Assembly: GCF_900167395.1 (NCBI RefSeq)
Contig: NZ_FUWK01000010.1
Coordinates: 30,001 to 62,000 of the forward strand
Direction of reading: 5' to 3'
Source: Nitrosomonas europaea
GTDB lineage: Bacteria; Pseudomonadota; Gammaproteobacteria; Burkholderiales; Nitrosomonadaceae
Length of the DNA stretch: 32,000 nt
Of the stretch, positions 17,654 through 29,156 are shown piece by piece. The stretch's first letter is position 1; every line of letters begins with the position of its first letter. The position numbers were made by a program, and so were the translations under genes. The notes beneath the pieces were generated by a model, which was given only the letters and a program-made list of their open reading frames with translations, did no database searches and was not told the origin of the DNA.

Positions 17654-19672
17654 TTATATAACCCTTTTCACGGCATTTACGACATTCTCAACGGTAAATC
17701 CGAAATATTCGAATAATTTTTCTGCAGGAGCCGATTCACCGAATCTGTCGATTCCGATTACATCTCCTTCAAGGCCGACGTATTTACGCCAGTAATCGGT
17801 AACCCCTGCTTCGACAGCTACACGTGCAATTCCCTTGGGCAGAACACTGTCCCGGTACGCCTGATCCTGTCTGTCAAAAATATTTGTACAAGGCATGGAT
17901 ACGACGCGAACTGCAATACCGCTTTCTGCCAGTGTTTTCTGTGCAGCCATTGCCAACCCGATTTCCGAGCCGGTTGCAATGATAATGGCCTGTGGCTTTC
18001 TGTTTGCTGCTTCAGAGAGGATATATCCCCCTTTTCTGATCAGGCTGATCGTTACTGCATCCCGTTTCTGGAAGGGTAGGTTCTGGCGGCTGAATATAAG
18101 GGATGACGGACCTTCTCTGCGCTCAATGGCGGATACCCATGAAACGATCGATTCAACGGTATCGCACGGACGCCATACATCCATATTGGGAATCATGCGC
18201 AGTGTGGCAGTTTGTTCAACCGGCTGATGGGTCGGACCATCTTCCCCTAGCCCGATCGAATCATGAGTGAACACGAAAATGTTACGAATTTTCATCAATG
18301 CCGCCATGCGCAGAGCATTGCGGGCGTATTCGGAAAACATCAGGAAAGTACCGCCGTAGGGGATGATTCCGCCATGCAACGACAGGCCATTCATGATGGC
18401 GCTCATGCCAAATTCCCGGACACCGTAAAAAACATAGTTACCGGTAGATTCTGTGCTAATTCCCTTGGAACCAGACCACATGGTGAGGTTGGAGCCGGCC
18501 AGGTCTGCTGATCCGCCAATCAGTTCGGGTAATACCGGTGCCAGTGCCTCAATTGAATTTTGTGATGCTTTCCGGGTCGCGATGGTTTCTTCCCTGGCAT
18601 TGATCTGGCTAATAGTGCCCTCAACGTGATCAGCCCACCCGACGGGTAACTCGTCAGCCATGCGGCGGGTAAATTCAGCGGCTTCTGCCGGATATTTTTT
18701 GCCGTATTCCGCAAACATGCTGTTCCATGCGGATTCCAGCGCCTGACCTTTGGCACGCGCATCCCATGCATCGTAAACTTCTTGCGGAATTTCGAATGGC
18801 AGGTAATTCCAGCCGATGTGAGGGCGGGCTGCAGCAATTTCGTCATTTCCGAGCGCAGCACCATGAACATGGCTGGTATTGGCTTTGTTGGGCGAACCCA
18901 TTCCAATGACTGTTTTGCAACATATCAGTGTGGGTTTGTCCTGTACTTTCTTCGCGGCTTCGATGGCAGCCTGTATTGCTACGGGATCATGTCCGTTGAC
19001 ATCTGGAACGACGTGCCAGCCATAAGATTCGAAGCGTTTGGGGGTGTTGTCCGTAAACCATCCTTCGACATGTCCATCAATGGAAATTCCATTATCATCA
19101 TAAAAGCAGACCAGTTTACCCAGCTTCAATGTTCCTGCCAGTGAACAGGCTTCATGGGAAATGCCTTCCATCATGCAACCATCGCCCAGAAATACGTAGG
19201 TGTAGTGGTCGACGATCGGGAAATAAGGCCGGTTGAATTCTTCTGCCAGAATTTTTTCTGCCAACGCCATCCCTACGGCATTGGTGATACCTTGTCCCAG
19301 CGGCCCTGTGGTGGTTTCCACACCGGGGGTGTAGCCGTATTCAGGGTGTCCTGGAGTTTTGGAATGAAGCTGACGGAAATTTTTTATGTCTTCGATGGAC
19401 AGATCGTAGCCGGTCAGGTGGAGCAGAGCATAGATCAGCATGGAACCATGGCCGTTTGATAGTACAAACCGGTCACGATCCACCCAGTCAGGATTTGTCG
19501 GATTGTGGCGCATGTGGTGGTTCCACAATACTTCTGCAATTTCCGCCATACCCATTGGCATACCCGGATGGCCGGAATTTGCTTTCTGGACGGCATCCAT
19601 GGCCAGTGCACGAATCGCACTGGTCAAATTCTTGAACACTGGTGCGCTGAAATCTTTAAATGCTTCCTTCAT
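17654..19672 (-). CDS. tkt: Transketolase
   Basis: [66 protein letters not shown]. 672 aa. Confidence 0.95.
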   Translation of the reverse strand: MKEAFKDFSAPVFKNLTSAIRALAMDAVQKANSGHPGMPMGMAEIAEVLWNHHMRHNPTNPDWVDRDRFVLSNGHGSMLIYALLHLTGYDLSIEDIKNFRQLHSKTPGHPEYGYTPGVETTTGPLGQGITNAVGMALAEKILAEEFNRPYFPIVDHYTYVFLGDGCMMEGISHEACSLAGTLKLGKLVCFYDDNGISIDGHVEGWFTDNTPKRFESYGWHVVPDVNGHDPVAIQAAIEAAKKVQDKPTLICCKTVIGMGSPNKANTSHVHGAALGNDEIAAARPHIGWNYLPFEIPQEVYDAWDARAKGQALESAWNSMFAEYGKKYPAEAAEFTRRMADELPVGWADHVEGTISQINAREETIATRKASQNSIEALAPVLPELIGGSADLAGSNLTMWSGSKGISTESTGNYVFYGVREFGMSAIMNGLSLHGGIIPYGGTFLMFSEYARNALRMAALMKIRNIFVFTHDSIGLGEDGPTHQPVEQTATLRMIPNMDVWRPCDTVESIVSWVSAIERREGPSSLIFSRQNLPFQKRDAVTISLIRKGGYILSEAANRKPQAIIIATGSEIGLAMAAQKTLAESGIAVRVVSMPCTNIFDRQDQAYRDSVLPKGIARVAVEAGVTDYWRKYVGLEGDVIGIDRFGESAPAEKLFEYFGFTVENVVNAVKRVI

Positions 19673-19892
19673 TTATTTTCATCCTCGATTGTTCAAAAAC
19701 CATAGCTCAATGTTATGCACCACATGACAACAAAAGCCGACAAAAGTGACCATTATCTCTTAAGTCCGGATAGTTCACAATACAGGTTGTAATTTCTTCA
19801 TTTCTTCTGATCATTGGCCGAATTTAAAGGAAATGGCTTGGTAAAATAGCCAATTGAAAGGTATCATTCCGCTTTTAGTTGACCGGATACAG

Positions 19893-19980
19893 GGAAGCGT
19901 GGCCGAGCGGTTTAAGGCACTGGTCTTGAAAACCAGCGATGGGCAACCATCCGTGAGTTCGAATCTCACCGCTTCCGCCA
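19893..19980 (+). tRNA. tRNA-Ser (anticodon UGA)
   Basis: Folded by hand. Acceptor GGAAGCG/CGCTTCC plus G plus encoded CCA. Anticodon stem CTGGT/ACCAG with loop CTTGAAA (anticodon TGA). Long variable arm GATGG-GCAA-CCATC. T-arm GTGAG-TTCGAAT-CTCAC. Confidence 0.9.
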
Positions 19981-20112
19981 TTCGCAGTAATTTCCTGTTT
20001 TTATTATCTGCTCTCAAAATCTGAAGAGATGAAGAGAGATGGCTTTGCAGGTTTTGTATCAGGGAAAAGATCAGCACATTGGCTGGTATGAAAAAATGGA
20101 GAGAATTTAACG

Positions 20113-21276
20113 ATGAGCGTCCCTTTTTTGCAGCAATACCGGGTGGGCAGTTACATCCTGAAACAAAAACTTGCAGGCAACAAACGTTATCCGCTGGTGC
20201 TGATGCTTGAGCCACTGTTCCAGTGCAATCTGGCCTGTGCGGGTTGTGGCAAGATAGATTACCCGGAAGAAACGTTACGCCGTCGCCTGAGTGTGGATGA
20301 ATGTTTGCATGCCGTGGATGAATGCGGGGCTCCGGTCGTTTCCATTGCGGGAGGGGAGCCGCTCATCCATAAGGAAATGCCGCAGATCGTGCAGGGCATC
20401 ATTCAGCGCAAAAAGTTTGTATATCTGTGCACCAATGCACTGCTGCTGGATACTCGCATGGACGACTATCAGCCTTCGCCCTATCTTACATTTTCCATTC
20501 ACCTCGATGGCAATCGCGAGCGCCACGATGCATCGGTATGCAGAGAGGGTGTGTATGACAAGGTTATTCCGGTGATCGAACAGGCGCTTCAGCGTGGTTT
20601 CCGGGTGACGGTCAATTGCACTTTGTTCCAGAGTGAAACAGCAGAAGAAGTGGCGGAGTTTTTTGATACAGCCACCAAGCTCGGCGTTGAAGGTATCAAT
20701 GTTTCCCCGGGATTCAGTTATGAGCATGCGCCGCGGCAGGATGTATTCCTGCAGCGGTCGGTAAGCAAACGGTTGTTCCGTTCGATTTTTGAAATCGGCA
20801 AAAAACGCAAGCTTCCCTGGAAATTCAATCATTCCAGCCTGTATCTGGATTTTCTCGCAGGTAATCAGAGTTATAAATGTACGCCGTGGGGAAACCCCAC
20901 GCGTAATCTGTTTGGCTGGCAGCGGCCCTGCTACCTGCTGGTGGATGAAGGTTATGCAACAAGTTTCCGTGAGCTGATGGAAGAAACCGACTGGGATCGC
21001 TATGGTGTCGGCAACAATCCCAAATGTGCAAACTGTATGGCACACTGCGGGTTTGAGCCCACTGCCATCAACGATACCTTTGCTCATCCGCTTAAAGCAT
21101 TACGGGTCAGCATGCGTGGTCCGCGCGTAGAAGGGCCTATGGCACTTGATCCGCTACAAACGAGCAGTGAGTCGCAGCACAATACCGATAAACGGAAACC
21201 TTTTCCCATACCGGTGACTGTTGAACATAAAACGGTTGCACCGTCATCGGATCATTCATCTGGTCCGGATAACTGA
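20113..21276 (+). CDS. hpnH: Hopanoid-biosynthesis radical SAM protein HpnH (adenosylhopane synthase)
   Basis: N-terminus MSVPFLQQYRVGSYILKQKLAGNKRYPLVLMLEPLFQCNLACAGCGKIDYP is typical of HpnH, with a CxxxCxxC-type cluster site (CNLACAGC). C-terminal Cys motif CANCMAHCGFEP. SD GGAGAG upstream. Confidence 0.9.
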   Translation: MSVPFLQQYRVGSYILKQKLAGNKRYPLVLMLEPLFQCNLACAGCGKIDYPEETLRRRLSVDECLHAVDECGAPVVSIAGGEPLIHKEMPQIVQGIIQRKKFVYLCTNALLLDTRMDDYQPSPYLTFSIHLDGNRERHDASVCREGVYDKVIPVIEQALQRGFRVTVNCTLFQSETAEEVAEFFDTATKLGVEGINVSPGFSYEHAPRQDVFLQRSVSKRLFRSIFEIGKKRKLPWKFNHSSLYLDFLAGNQSYKCTPWGNPTRNLFGWQRPCYLLVDEGYATSFRELMEETDWDRYGVGNNPKCANCMAHCGFEPTAINDTFAHPLKALRVSMRGPRVEGPMALDPLQTSSESQHNTDKRKPFPIPVTVEHKTVAPSSDHSSGPDN

Positions 21277-21325
21277 TACTTCTTTGTTTGCCTGAAGATA
21301 TTCATATTCCCGCGTATCGAAGGTC

Positions 21326-22456
21326 ATGGCTGTATTGGTAATGTATCTGTCTTTGGCGGGTATGTTATGCTGGTGGGCTATTCTGCTGGCGCCATGGCGA
21401 GCATGGAGTACCCGGGAGCAGCTTGAACCATCATCAAGTCCGGAAGCGAAACAATCTTTTGATGACGTTACTGTTCTGATTCCTGCCCGTAATGAGGCGC
21501 AGTTCATCGATCAGACCTTGAACAGGCTTCAGGCGCAAGGCGAGGGTTTACGAATCATCGTAATCGATGATCAGTCGGAAGATCATACTGCATCCCTGGC
21601 AGGCAGACGAGGTGTTGAAGTCATTTCCGGGACGACTCCACCAAAAAACTGGAGTGGAAAGCTGTGGGCGCTGAATCAGGGATTGCAACAGGTACGCACC
21701 CGGTACACTTTGCTGCTGGATGCAGATATCAGTCTATCGTCCGGTATCTTGGGGGCGTTACTGAATAAGGCTCGTCAGGAAAATTTGTCGCTGGTATCGC
21801 TCATGGCAGAGTTGCCCGTCCAGCGTTTCTCCGAACGTCTGCTGGTACCTGCTTTTATATTTTTTTTCAAGCTGTTATATCCGTTTAAATTGTCCAATGA
21901 GTCGAAATCCCGCATGGCTGCTGCTGCGGGTGGGTGCATTCTGGTTGAAACTGGTGTACTGCGATCCATCGATGCTTTTACCAGTATCCACCACGCATTG
22001 ATCGATGATTGTGCATTGGCTGCACAAGTCAAACAGGCTGGTTTCAAAACCTGGATCGGACTCAGTCATGCTGTACAAAGCCATCGGGGTTATGACAGCC
22101 TGGCGGCTATCTGGAATACCGTTGCTCGTACTGCATTCACGCAACTGCACTATTCATCGTTATTACTGTTGCTGTGTACATTGATCATGTCCAGCATGTT
22201 CTGGTGTGCGCCATTGTCCGCGATCATTTATACGGATACGATTTTTGTGGTCAGCAGCATTCTTGCCTGGCTGGCTATGCTCATTGTTTATACACCCGTG
22301 CTCAGATTTTATCGGAGTTCACCCTTTTGGGTGATTGTATTGCCCCTGATCGGCACACTCTATCTCATGATGACCTGGACTTCCGCCTTCAGATACTGGC
22401 GAGGAGTGCGGGCGCACTGGAAAAATCGACGTTATGAAACTTCTGAACACAATTAG
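21326..22456 (+). CDS. Family-2 glycosyltransferase, hopene-associated (HpnB-like; HpnI not excluded)
   Basis: N-terminal TM helix. GT2 core VTVLIPARNEA, IIVIDDQSED, NWSGKLWALNQG, LLLDADI. Several C-terminal TM helices. The position between hpnH and the hpnM-like gene supports a hopanoid role. Confidence 0.72.
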   Translation: MAVLVMYLSLAGMLCWWAILLAPWRAWSTREQLEPSSSPEAKQSFDDVTVLIPARNEAQFIDQTLNRLQAQGEGLRIIVIDDQSEDHTASLAGRRGVEVISGTTPPKNWSGKLWALNQGLQQVRTRYTLLLDADISLSSGILGALLNKARQENLSLVSLMAELPVQRFSERLLVPAFIFFFKLLYPFKLSNESKSRMAAAAGGCILVETGVLRSIDAFTSIHHALIDDCALAAQVKQAGFKTWIGLSHAVQSHRGYDSLAAIWNTVARTAFTQLHYSSLLLLLCTLIMSSMFWCAPLSAIIYTDTIFVVSSILAWLAMLIVYTPVLRFYRSSPFWVIVLPLIGTLYLMMTWTSAFRYWRGVRAHWKNRRYETSEHN

Positions 22457-23066
22457 CAGAATAGTGACGCTATGGGTAATCGCCATGCTGGTGATGATTT
22501 CCGGATTGCGAGCAGAATCACTCGAAAATGAGGGTGCTGAACGGGTGGTGATCACTCTGCAGAATACGCTGATCCAGGCCATGCAACAGGGTCAGGAAAT
22601 TGGTTACAGCGGCCGTCTGAAGCTTCTGACTCCTGTTATTGAGCAGACGCATGATCTTGCGGCAATCATCCGCTCTGTACTGGGTACGCACTGGGCCAAG
22701 CTCGATTCCGATCAGCAACAGGCGATCACCCGGGTATTCCAGGCCAACAGTATTGCAACTTATGCAGACCGGTTTAACCAGTACGATGGAGAGCAATTCA
22801 AGATCATCGAACAGACACAGCTTCCGCGAGGGCGGATGTTGGTTCGCAGCCAGCTCATCCGGTCTGATGGCAGCCCGGTGAATTTTGATTATGTGATGCA
22901 TGAGGCCGGTGGAAGCTGGCGCATCATCAATATCGTAGTCGACGGGGTCAGTGATCTGGCCCTGAAGCGGGCTGAATACAGTGCTGTATTGCAGAAAGAT
23001 GGCGTTACCGCGCTGATCGACATGCTGGAGCAGAAAACTTCCCGTATAGAGCAGAATCAACAGTAA
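22434..23066 (+). CDS. hpnM: MlaC/Ttg2D-family periplasmic lipid-binding protein (HpnM-like)
   Basis: Signal/TM N-terminus followed by an MlaC-like pattern (LIQAMQQGQ..., THDLAAIIRSVLGTHWAKLDSDQQQAITRVF, YVMHEAGGSWRIINIVVDGVSDLALKRAEYSAVL). Its start overlaps the preceding gene by 23 nt. Confidence 0.72.
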   Translation: MKLLNTISRIVTLWVIAMLVMISGLRAESLENEGAERVVITLQNTLIQAMQQGQEIGYSGRLKLLTPVIEQTHDLAAIIRSVLGTHWAKLDSDQQQAITRVFQANSIATYADRFNQYDGEQFKIIEQTQLPRGRMLVRSQLIRSDGSPVNFDYVMHEAGGSWRIINIVVDGVSDLALKRAEYSAVLQKDGVTALIDMLEQKTSRIEQNQQ

Positions 23067-23135
23067 TTCCAACAGGACAGTTGCTGCCTCTATCCTGAGA
23101 TAACCATTTCACCACACCACTAAAGCGATTCATAC

Positions 23136-25682
23136 ATGGAACAATTCGCCAAGGAAACCTTGCCCGTCAGTCTCGAAGACGAAATGCGGCGTTCTTACCT
23201 CGATTATGCGATGAGCGTCATCGTAGGCCGGGCCTTGCCTGATGTGCGCGATGGGCTGAAGCCAGTACACCGTCGTGTACTTTATGCCATGCATGAACTA
23301 TCCAATGACTGGAATCGCCCGTATAAAAAATCCGCACGTATCGTCGGGGATGTCATCGGTAAATATCACCCGCATGGTGATACTGCTGTCTATGACACGA
23401 TCGTGCGCATGGCACAGCCTTTTTCTCTGCGTTACATGCTGGTCGACGGACAGGGTAATTTTGGTTCGATCGATGGTGATAATGCCGCGGCAATGCGTTA
23501 TACCGAAATCAGAATGTCACGTATCGCCCATGAATTACTGGCTGATCTCGACAAGAACACAGTCGATTTCGGGCCCAATTACGATGGTTCCGAGCAGGAG
23601 CCACTGATCCTGCCGGCCAAAATACCCAATCTGCTGATCAATGGATCATCCGGCATCGCGGTGGGGATGGCGACCAATATCCCACCTCATAATCTGGGTG
23701 AGGTCATTGACGCCTGCCTGTTGCTGCTGCGTGATCCTGACGTGGATATCGCCGAATTGATGGCTTGTATCCCGGCACCGGATTTTCCAACTGCAGGCAT
23801 CATTTACGGTATATCCGGCATCAAAGACGGGTACCAGACCGGAAGAGGGCGTGTCATCATGCGCGCCAGAACGCATTTTGAAGAGCTCGATAAAGGTAAT
23901 CGCCACAGTATCATCATCGATGAACTGCCTTATCAGGTGAATAAAGCCAATTTACTGGTGCGTATCGGTGAGCTGGTAAGAGATAAAAGGATAGAAGGTA
24001 TTTCCGATCTGCGCGATGAATCGGATAAATCCGGTATGCGCGTGGTCATCGAACTCAAGCGTGGAGAAGTACCCGAAGTCGTCCTGAACAATCTGTATAA
24101 AGAGACACAGATGCAGGATACATTCGGCATCAACATGGTTGCGCTGGTCGATGGACAGCCCCGTTTGCTCAATCTGAAGCAGATGCTGGATCATTTCCTG
24201 CGCCATCGTCGTGAAGTCGTGACGCGGCGTACTTTATTCGAACTCAGAAAGGCGCGGGAACGCGGCCATTTGCTGGAAGGACTGGCGGTTGCTTTATCCA
24301 ATGTCGATGAAATCATTGCGCTGATCAAAGCTGCTCCGACCCCGGCAGAGGCTAAAAAAGGCCTGATGGCCAGAACATGGCGATCCTCGCTGGTTGAAGA
24401 AATGCTTCTCCGTGCAATGATCGATGCAGCAGTATTTCGCCCTGAAACGCTGGCAGCCGGGTTCGGGATGTCAGACCAGGGTTATCGTTTATCCGATGCA
24501 CAGGCCCAAGCGATTCTCGATCTCAGATTGCAGCGACTCACCGGACTGGAACAGGAAAAAATCGTTTCGGAATACAGAGAAATACTCGACAAGATCCGGG
24601 ATCTCCTCGACATACTGGCAAATCCGGAACGGATTACCACCATCATTGTGGAAGAGCTGACGGCCATCAAAGGGCAGTTTGGGGATCCCCGGCGCAGTGA
24701 AGTAGTGATAGATGCGCAAAATTTGAATACTGAAGATCTGATTACGCCTGCCGATATGGTGGTGACCCTGTCACATGCGGGCTACATCAAATCCCAGTTG
24801 CTGGACGATTATCGTGCGCAGAAACGCGGAGGGCGCGGCAAGCAGGCAATTACCACCCGAGAGGACGATTTCATCGACAATCTGTTTATCGCTAATACGC
24901 ATGATTTCATTCTGTGTTTCTCCAGCCTTGGGCGCGTCTACTGGATCAAGGTTTACAATGTGCCGCAAGGCAGCCGTACTTCGCGGGGCAGGCCGGTGAA
25001 TAATCTCGTGCCACTGGAACAGAATGAAAAGATCAATGCTGTACTGCCAGTCAAATCATTTGACGATACCCGTTACGTATTTATGTCAACTGCCGGTGGT
25101 ACGGTCAAGAAAACACCGTTGTCAGAGTTTTCACGGCCGCGTACCAATGGAATCATTGCAATCGACCTCGATGAGGGAGATTATCTGATCGGTGTTGCGC
25201 TGACCGAAGGCAAGCATGATGTCATGCTCTTTTCTGATGCTGGCAAAGCGATGCGTTTCGATGAGAACGATGTGCGTCCCACCGGGCGTAATGCACGCGG
25301 GGTAAGGGGTATGAAGCTTGGAGCAGGGCAGCAGGTCATTTCACTGCTGGTTGCAGATAATGAAAATATGGCGGTATTGACCGCGACTGAGAATGGCTAC
25401 GGCAAACGTACACCTATTACCGAATATACCCGGCATAACCGGGGTACTCAGGGTATGATCGCGATTAACACCAACGTCCGTAACGGTAAAGTCGTCGCTG
25501 CACAACTGGTTGAGTCCAGTGATGAAATCATGCTGATTACCACGGGTGGCGTCATGATTCGCACTCGCGTCAGTGAGATTCGTGAAATGGGCCGGGCAAC
25601 TCAGGGAGTGACACTGATCAATCTGGATGCAGGTGAGAAACTGGCCGGACTGGAGAGAATCGTCGAAACGGATGAGGATTAG
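23136..25682 (+). CDS. gyrA: DNA gyrase subunit A
   Basis: [34 protein letters not shown], the [22 protein letters not shown] (catalytic Tyr), and C-terminal beta-pinwheel repeats. 848 aa. Confidence 0.97.
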   Translation: MEQFAKETLPVSLEDEMRRSYLDYAMSVIVGRALPDVRDGLKPVHRRVLYAMHELSNDWNRPYKKSARIVGDVIGKYHPHGDTAVYDTIVRMAQPFSLRYMLVDGQGNFGSIDGDNAAAMRYTEIRMSRIAHELLADLDKNTVDFGPNYDGSEQEPLILPAKIPNLLINGSSGIAVGMATNIPPHNLGEVIDACLLLLRDPDVDIAELMACIPAPDFPTAGIIYGISGIKDGYQTGRGRVIMRARTHFEELDKGNRHSIIIDELPYQVNKANLLVRIGELVRDKRIEGISDLRDESDKSGMRVVIELKRGEVPEVVLNNLYKETQMQDTFGINMVALVDGQPRLLNLKQMLDHFLRHRREVVTRRTLFELRKARERGHLLEGLAVALSNVDEIIALIKAAPTPAEAKKGLMARTWRSSLVEEMLLRAMIDAAVFRPETLAAGFGMSDQGYRLSDAQAQAILDLRLQRLTGLEQEKIVSEYREILDKIRDLLDILANPERITTIIVEELTAIKGQFGDPRRSEVVIDAQNLNTEDLITPADMVVTLSHAGYIKSQLLDDYRAQKRGGRGKQAITTREDDFIDNLFIANTHDFILCFSSLGRVYWIKVYNVPQGSRTSRGRPVNNLVPLEQNEKINAVLPVKSFDDTRYVFMSTAGGTVKKTPLSEFSRPRTNGIIAIDLDEGDYLIGVALTEGKHDVMLFSDAGKAMRFDENDVRPTGRNARGVRGMKLGAGQQVISLLVADNENMAVLTATENGYGKRTPITEYTRHNRGTQGMIAINTNVRNGKVVAAQLVESSDEIMLITTGGVMIRTRVSEIREMGRATQGVTLINLDAGEKLAGLERIVETDED

Positions 25683-25699
25683 CTCAACCTGGTGAACCA

Positions 25700-26806
25700 A
25701 TGAGAAAAATCTACAATTTCAGTGCAGGTCCGGCAGTACTGCCGGAGGAAGTGTTGGAGCAGGCTCGCGAAGAAATGCTGGACTGGCACGGCAGTGGCAT
25801 GTCAGTCATGGAAATGAGCCATCGCGGGAAAGAATTCATGTCCATCGCGGACGAAACCGAATCTGCTTTGCGCGAGCTGGCGGGCATTCCGGATCACTAT
25901 AAAGTACTCTTTCTTCAGGGGGGGGCATCCAGCCAGTTTGCCATGGTGCCGATGAATCTGCTCGGCAAGAAGGGCAAAGCGGATTATGTCAATACCGGTC
26001 AATGGTCGGCAAAGGCCATCAGTGAGGCCAAAAATTACGGTTCTGTCCAGATCGCAGCTTCGTCGGAAAGTGATGGTTTCAACTCGGTTCCACCGCTGGC
26101 GCAATGGCATATCTCGCCTGATGCGGCTTATGTACATTACGCGTCCAACGAGACGATCGGCGGAGTCGAATTTCAGTGGACGCCTGATTTATCCGCAGTA
26201 GCCGGTGACAACAAAAACATTCCGCTGGTTGCCGATATGTCCTCCAATTTCCTGTCGCGTCCTTTCGATGTCAGCAAATTCGGGCTGATTTACGCCGGAG
26301 CACAGAAAAATGTCGGTCCTGCCGGGTTGGTGGTGGTGATCGTTCGTGAGGATTTACTGGATATTCCACCGCTTGCCGGAACGCCCGCTATGTTCCGCTA
26401 TAAAACGCATGCAGATAATGCTTCAATGTACAATACGCCTCCCACTTATGCCATTTACATCATGGGGCTCGTCATGGAATGGCTGAAAAAACAGGGCGGA
26501 CTGACTGCGATTGAACAGCGTAACATTGCCAAAGCCAAACTGATCTACGATCTGATCGATGTCAGCAGTTTTTACCATTGCCCGGTCAACCAGGCAGATC
26601 GATCCAGGATGAATGTTCCGTTTACACTGAGTGATCCCGGTCTTGATGACGCATTCCTGAAACAGGCTCAGGCGCATGGCCTGATTCAGTTGAAAGGGCA
26701 CCGGTCGGTCGGCGGTATGCGAGCCTCGATCTATAATGCCATGCCGTTGGAAGGTGTACAGACATTGGTGACCTTCATGCGGGAATTCGAGAAAAACCAT
26801 GCCTGA
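25700..26806 (+). CDS. serC: Phosphoserine aminotransferase
   Basis: [42 protein letters not shown] (PLP Lys), [12 protein letters not shown]. Confidence 0.95.
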   Translation: MRKIYNFSAGPAVLPEEVLEQAREEMLDWHGSGMSVMEMSHRGKEFMSIADETESALRELAGIPDHYKVLFLQGGASSQFAMVPMNLLGKKGKADYVNTGQWSAKAISEAKNYGSVQIAASSESDGFNSVPPLAQWHISPDAAYVHYASNETIGGVEFQWTPDLSAVAGDNKNIPLVADMSSNFLSRPFDVSKFGLIYAGAQKNVGPAGLVVVIVREDLLDIPPLAGTPAMFRYKTHADNASMYNTPPTYAIYIMGLVMEWLKKQGGLTAIEQRNIAKAKLIYDLIDVSSFYHCPVNQADRSRMNVPFTLSDPGLDDAFLKQAQAHGLIQLKGHRSVGGMRASIYNAMPLEGVQTLVTFMREFEKNHA

Positions 26807-28010
26807 TGATGCCCAAAGAATCACCCGAATTCTTACACTGAACTCGATTGCCCAGGTCGGGCTCAAGCGTTTTCCTCCGCATCTTTTTCAGATCGGCAGC
26901 GACATTACCGGTCCTGACGTGATACTGGTACGTTCTCATAACCTGCACGATATGGAAATACCCGAAAGCGTCATTGCAATCGGGCGCGCCGGTGCCGGAA
27001 CCAATAACATCCCCGTCAACCAGATGAGCGCACGCGGCATCCCGGTTTTCAATACGCCGGGCGCCAATGCCAATGCAGTCAGGGAACTGGTGCTGGCAGG
27101 CATGTTGATGGCATCGCGTAATCTGATACCGGCTTTACGCTTCGTCGAAACACTGGAAGGCGATGATCAGTCTTTCAACCTTCAGGTTGAAGCAGGCAAA
27201 AAACAGTTTTCCGGCTTGGAATTGCCGGGGCGGACACTGGGTGTCATCGGTCTGGGCAAGATCGGACGGCAGGTGGCCGATATCGCAATAAAACTTGGAA
27301 TGAAGGTGCTCGGGTATGACCCGAAAATTACCATCGACTCTGCATGGAGTTTGCCCGCCGAAGTACAGAAAGCAAACCAGATCGAGGATCTGATACGCCG
27401 CAGTCAGTTTATTTCGCTGCATGTGCCACTCAACGACTCCACTCGTCATCTGATCAACGATTCACTGATCTCCTGCATGCAGAAGAACACCATTCTGCTC
27501 AATTTTTCGCGTGACGCGATCGTTGATGAAGACGCCGTGCTGACTGGTATCAAAAGCGGGGTCATCCGGTACTATGTTTGTGATTTTCCCGGCCGGAAAC
27601 TGCAGCAACAGCAGGCAGTCGTTACTTTGCCCCATCTCGGCGCTTCCACGCGTGAGGCTGAAGAAAATTGTGCCATGATGATTGCTGATCAGATCATGGA
27701 TTATGTTACGAACGGTAACATTTCCTATACCGTCAATTTTCCGGATGTCGTCATGGAACGCGGAACACCGTACCGGGTTGCCGTTGCCAATGCCAACGTT
27801 CCCAATCTGCTGGGACAGATATCGACCTGCATGGCAGATGTCGGTCTGAACATCCACAACATGGTGAATAAATCCCGCGGGGAAATGGCCTATACACTGG
27901 TCGATACCGATAAAGCAGTTCCACAGGAAACCATTGATGCGATCGTCCGGATTACGGGTGTACTGATGGTGCGCTATCTGCCGATATCAGAATCTTCTGA
28001 ACGGGCATGA
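26799..28010 (+). CDS. serA: D-3-phosphoglycerate dehydrogenase-like 2-hydroxyacid dehydrogenase with C-terminal ACT domain
   Basis: NAD fold [28 protein letters not shown]. Catalytic region [31 protein letters not shown]-terminal ACT-like segment [31 protein letters not shown]. It overlaps the serC stop by 8 nt. The substrate is assigned by context only. Confidence 0.8.
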   Translation: MPDDAQRITRILTLNSIAQVGLKRFPPHLFQIGSDITGPDVILVRSHNLHDMEIPESVIAIGRAGAGTNNIPVNQMSARGIPVFNTPGANANAVRELVLAGMLMASRNLIPALRFVETLEGDDQSFNLQVEAGKKQFSGLELPGRTLGVIGLGKIGRQVADIAIKLGMKVLGYDPKITIDSAWSLPAEVQKANQIEDLIRRSQFISLHVPLNDSTRHLINDSLISCMQKNTILLNFSRDAIVDEDAVLTGIKSGVIRYYVCDFPGRKLQQQQAVVTLPHLGASTREAEENCAMMIADQIMDYVTNGNISYTVNFPDVVMERGTPYRVAVANANVPNLLGQISTCMADVGLNIHNMVNKSRGEMAYTLVDTDKAVPQETIDAIVRITGVLMVRYLPISESSERA

Positions 28011-28045
28011 AAACAAAAAAATCCAGGCAAATACATTAACCCACA

Positions 28046-29116
28046 TTGATGACAGAACAGCTTAAACAACTGCGCAATGAAATCGATGCAGTCGATGATG
28101 AGTTGCTCCGATTGATCAGCACTCGCGCGCGGCTTGCACAGCAAGTCGGCCGACAGAAGTCCGGCACTGCTTATCGTCCTGAGCGTGAATCACAGATTTT
28201 TTCCCGTTTGCAGCAATCCAATCCGGGGCCGTTGCGAGATGAGCATATTGTGCACCTGTTTACTGAAATCATATCGGTTTGCCGTGCGCTGGAAGAGCCC
28301 TTGACTGTTGCTTATCTGGGGCCGCAGGGCACATTTTCGGAAGAAGCGGTTACCAAACGTTTTGGCAGTGCTGTTACTTCACTGCCTTGCAGTTCGATCG
28401 ACGATATTTTTCGCAAGGTCGAATCCGGCGCTGCCAGCTATGGTGTCGTTCCGGTTGAAAATTCTACCGAGGGAGCAGTCGGTAGAACCATGGATCTGCT
28501 GTTGCAGACACCGTTGAAGATATGTGGCGAGCTCGAGCTGCCTGTACACCAGTGCCTGATGGCACAACAGACTGATCTGACCGCTATTCGAAAAATTTAT
28601 TCTCACCCGCAGTCATTTGCACAATGTCAGGTATGGATCAACGAGAATTTGCAAAGTCTGACGGCTGTCGACCGGATCGATGCCGCCAGTAATGCAGATG
28701 CTGCCCGTCAGGCTGCCGCCGACAGCAGTGCCGCAGCCATTGCCGGAAAGAAGGCTGCCGAAGTATTCGGGCTGAAAGTTTGTGCCGCTAACATTGAGGA
28801 TAATCCGAATAACACAACTCGATTTCTGGTCATTGGCAGTCGGGATGTTGCGCGTTCCGGGAGGGATAAAACTTCACTCGCCATGGCTACGCATAACCGG
28901 CCCGGTGCGGTGCACGAGCTTCTTGCACCCTTTGCACGCTATCAGGTCAGTATGACCCGTCTGGAATCACGTCCTTCGCGTGCCAGTCTGTGGGAGTATG
29001 TTTTTTTTACCGATATTGCAGGACATCAGGAAGATGAAAATGTAGCCAGGGCACTGCAAGCACTGCGTGATAATACAACCTTTCTGAAGATTTTCGGTTC
29101 TTATCCTGCTGCATGA
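28046..29116 (+). CDS. pheA: Bifunctional chorismate mutase / prephenate dehydratase (P-protein)
   Basis: CM domain LKQLRNEIDAVDDELLRLISTRARLAQQVG. PDT domain VAYLGPQGTFSEEA, VPVENSTEGAV, NTTRF. ACT domain with ESRPS. The listed start is TTG; the ATG at 28049 is likely the real start. Confidence 0.93.
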   Translation: MMTEQLKQLRNEIDAVDDELLRLISTRARLAQQVGRQKSGTAYRPERESQIFSRLQQSNPGPLRDEHIVHLFTEIISVCRALEEPLTVAYLGPQGTFSEEAVTKRFGSAVTSLPCSSIDDIFRKVESGAASYGVVPVENSTEGAVGRTMDLLLQTPLKICGELELPVHQCLMAQQTDLTAIRKIYSHPQSFAQCQVWINENLQSLTAVDRIDAASNADAARQAAADSSAAAIAGKKAAEVFGLKVCAANIEDNPNNTTRFLVIGSRDVARSGRDKTSLAMATHNRPGAVHELLAPFARYQVSMTRLESRPSRASLWEYVFFTDIAGHQEDENVARALQALRDNTTFLKIFGSYPAA

Positions 29117-29156
29117 ATCGATAAATTCCTGAACAAGATACTATTTACTTTTAAAT

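Noticed and set aside
19893-20112. tRNA-Ser as an integration hot-spot for a genomic island
   Set aside because: No integrase is present. I saw no duplicated copy of the tRNA 3' end downstream. The genes that follow (hpnH onward, gyrA) are core functions with typical composition.
20275-21087. 270-aa minus-strand ORF
   Set aside because: It is antisense to hpnH, whose translation carries clear radical-SAM and HpnH motifs. The antisense product has no recognisable features.
23341-23400. gyrA QRDR reads [11 protein letters not shown] (Thr at the E. coli Ser83-equivalent position)
   Set aside because: Thr at this position is the wild-type residue in several proteobacteria, for example Pseudomonas. 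The Asp87-equivalent is intact. This is not evidence of a quinolone-resistance mutation.
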